From a virus (Duplodnaviria; Caudoviricetes): a DNA stretch of 61,069 bases. Shown here piece by piece: positions 59,367 to 61,069 of this stretch; the first letter of the stretch is position 1, and every line of letters starts with the position of its first letter. Position numbers and translations under genes: made by a program. Under the pieces are notes generated by a model. That model was not told the DNA's origin and made no database searches. It saw only the letters and a program-made list of their open reading frames with translations. The stretch covers positions 1 to 61,069 of IMG/VR virus record IMGVR_UViG_3300035701_000033; one strand, given 5' to 3'.

Positions 59367-61069
59367 ATGAATTTTTTTGAAAAGGTTTTTCCCTTGCAAG
59401 GTTTGATATGCGTGGTTCATGTAGGGACGAGAGGTTTACAGCAAAGATTTTTTGAGTCCTTGGATGATGCAATTGCAAATGCAATGGCTCTTGATGCTCA
59501 GGGGCATACAGTATATATGGCACAGGCGACTTACTCCGAAGAGAAGATTGCTGCAGCCACATTGTTTAATTCCAATCTGCCGAAAGATGCACTGAAGACT
59601 GATCGGAAGAAACGTAGATCACAGGCCAATGTTCATCTGGTGAAATCGTTCTGGCTGGATATCGACTGCGGCCCCGGTAAACCATACGCCGATCAGACCG
59701 CTGGATGTGAAGCGATCTCGCAAATGGTAGCTCAGACCAATCTCCCATTCCCCTGTGTCGTCCGTTCTGGTAATGGCCTATATGCACACTGGTTCCTGAA
59801 TGAAGAAATCCCAGAAGCGCAATGGCGTGGAGTTGCGCGACTGCTTAAAGACACACTTATAGCCTATGACTTCACGGCTGACCCAGCCCGGACATCTGAC
59901 TCTGCCAGTATTCTGCGTCCTCCGGGAACAACCAACAGAAAGAATGGAACTGAGAAACCTGTCGTCATCATCAAAGACGCCGAGCCAATTCCCTTCGCAA
60001 CCTTCACAGATGCCCTCAGTGCAGCAGCGAAGATAGTAAAAGTAGATACTGCTGTTCTGAAGATCCCGAAGAAGCAGACAGCATATGATGAGTTCCTGAG
60101 TGGTATTTCTACTGGCCCTGCAAGTAGTGCTGCAGTCATTGCTGAGAAGTGTAACCAGATCAAGATCATCAGGGACACCAAGGGTAATGTACCTGAACCA
60201 TTCTGGTATGCTGCTCTTTGCCTATTGCACTACACAGAAGAAGCTCCAGAGATTCAGCATCTGTGGTCTAGTGGTCATCCAGAATATTCCTACGAACAGA
60301 CCGAAGCGAAAGACCTGCAAATTCACACACCTCCAACTACATGTCATATGTTTGGCATGGTGAACCCCCAAGGCTGCGTCGGCTGCGCTCATGCCCAGAA
60401 GCTACATTCACCTATTGCCCTCGGATATAACAAAGCGATGTCTGAAGAGGGCAAGTGGTGCCCGGTAGGATTCAAACGCACGAAAGACGGGCTCATGTAT
60501 GAAGATGAGGATGGCACCACACTGGTTTACCCATGGGACATCTGGGTAGATCAGATTGCTTTCGATGAGAGTCTGGGATATGAAACAATTATCATTAAAC
60601 ATATGATGCCATTTGAAGGTGAACGAGAATTGGCAGTACGATCCTCACTCCCCAATGATAACAAGGCGTTCATGATTGAGCTACACGATCATCACGTCCA
60701 GATCATTGGAAAAAGGGAGAAGTTATTAATGGGAGCATACATGGACAATTATATCAGGCGGCTAAGGACCCAGCAGAAAATGTCCATGCTGTTCTGTCAG
60801 ATGGGATGGCGCGGCGATGATGAAGAAGACAAAACCAATATCCGGTTCGTACTTGGGGAATCTGTATTCGGCCCCGGAGATAAAGTACAAGGAGCAGGAC
60901 TCGCCAAGAACATCCCAGATCTGGTTAAAGGATTTAAATGCCTCGGGGAGAAAGATTTATGGATAGAAGCAACAAAGTACCTAGCAGCACCAGAGATGTT
61001 AATACATGCTTTTGCCCTTCTGGCCGGTGGGTTCGGTGCGCCCCTAATGCGTTTTACCGGATATGCAAG
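59367..61069 (+). CDS. Primase-helicase, N-terminal part (RepB/AEP-like primase plus Cys-rich domain); missing from ORF track
   Basis: Manual translation MNFFEKVF...FWLDIDCG...VRSGNGLYAHW...SILRPPGTTN...KCNQ...PTTC...GCVGC..HSP; open to window end. Confidence 0.85.
   Translation, partial: MNFFEKVFPLQGLICVVHVGTRGLQQRFFESLDDAIANAMALDAQGHTVYMAQATYSEEKIAAATLFNSNLPKDALKTDRKKRRSQANVHLVKSFWLDIDCGPGKPYADQTAGCEAISQMVAQTNLPFPCVVRSGNGLYAHWFLNEEIPEAQWRGVARLLKDTLIAYDFTADPARTSDSASILRPPGTTNRKNGTEKPVVIIKDAEPIPFATFTDALSAAAKIVKVDTAVLKIPKKQTAYDEFLSGISTGPASSAAVIAEKCNQIKIIRDTKGNVPEPFWYAALCLLHYTEEAPEIQHLWSSGHPEYSYEQTEAKDLQIHTPPTTCHMFGMVNPQGCVGCAHAQKLHSPIALGYNKAMSEEGKWCPVGFKRTKDGLMYEDEDGTTLVYPWDIWVDQIAFDESLGYETIIIKHMMPFEGERELAVRSSLPNDNKAFMIELHDHHVQIIGKREKLLMGAYMDNYIRRLRTQQKMSMLFCQMGWRGDDEEDKTNIRFVLGESVFGPGDKVQGAGLAKNIPDLVKGFKCLGEKDLWIEATKYLAAPEMLIHAFALLAGGFGAPLMRFTGYA
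60942..61067. repeat. Terminal direct repeat (copy 2)
   Basis: Identical to 1..126. Confidence 0.95.

Noticed and set aside
60942-61069. Biological terminal repeat
   Set aside because: Length is close to a 127-mer assembly overlap and it falls inside a gene; best read as a circularisation artefact
1-61069. Stop-codon reassignment (alternative genetic code)
   Set aside because: Core genes are full length in the standard code; the polymerase break involves an inserted ORF, not a single stop

Overview
The window looks like a complete, circularly assembled genome (~60.9 kb; 126-nt terminal overlap) of a podovirus-like tailed phage. Its N4-gp56-type capsid, portal, intein-containing terminase, lysis and virion genes lie on the minus strand (3.7-36.3 kb). 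Early, replication and nucleotide-metabolism genes lie on the plus strand (36.7 kb through the join to 3.7 kb). No integrase or reverse transcriptase is recognisable. ClpX and PIN-PhoH genes resemble deltaproteobacterial (Geobacter-like) host genes from memory; this is not verified. Two things stand out. (1) An array of three integron-like gene cassettes at 52.8-54.0 kb is bounded by attC-like hairpins. Each cassette has self-complementary ends, the cargo genes look phage-type, and an empty site can be reconstructed. (2) A family A DNA polymerase is split into two genes by an inserted ORF, and each half carries one CxxCxGxG half zinc finger at the break, suggesting a Zn-clasp that rejoins them. 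Also notable: four pentapeptide-repeat genes shuffled from a 15-nt codebook, a ClpX with no zinc domain and altered substrate loops, a ~180-nt tRNA-like structured RNA candidate, SAM-lyase-like domains and a possible reverse-topology one-piece spanin. All family assignments come from motif recognition only; no searches were run.
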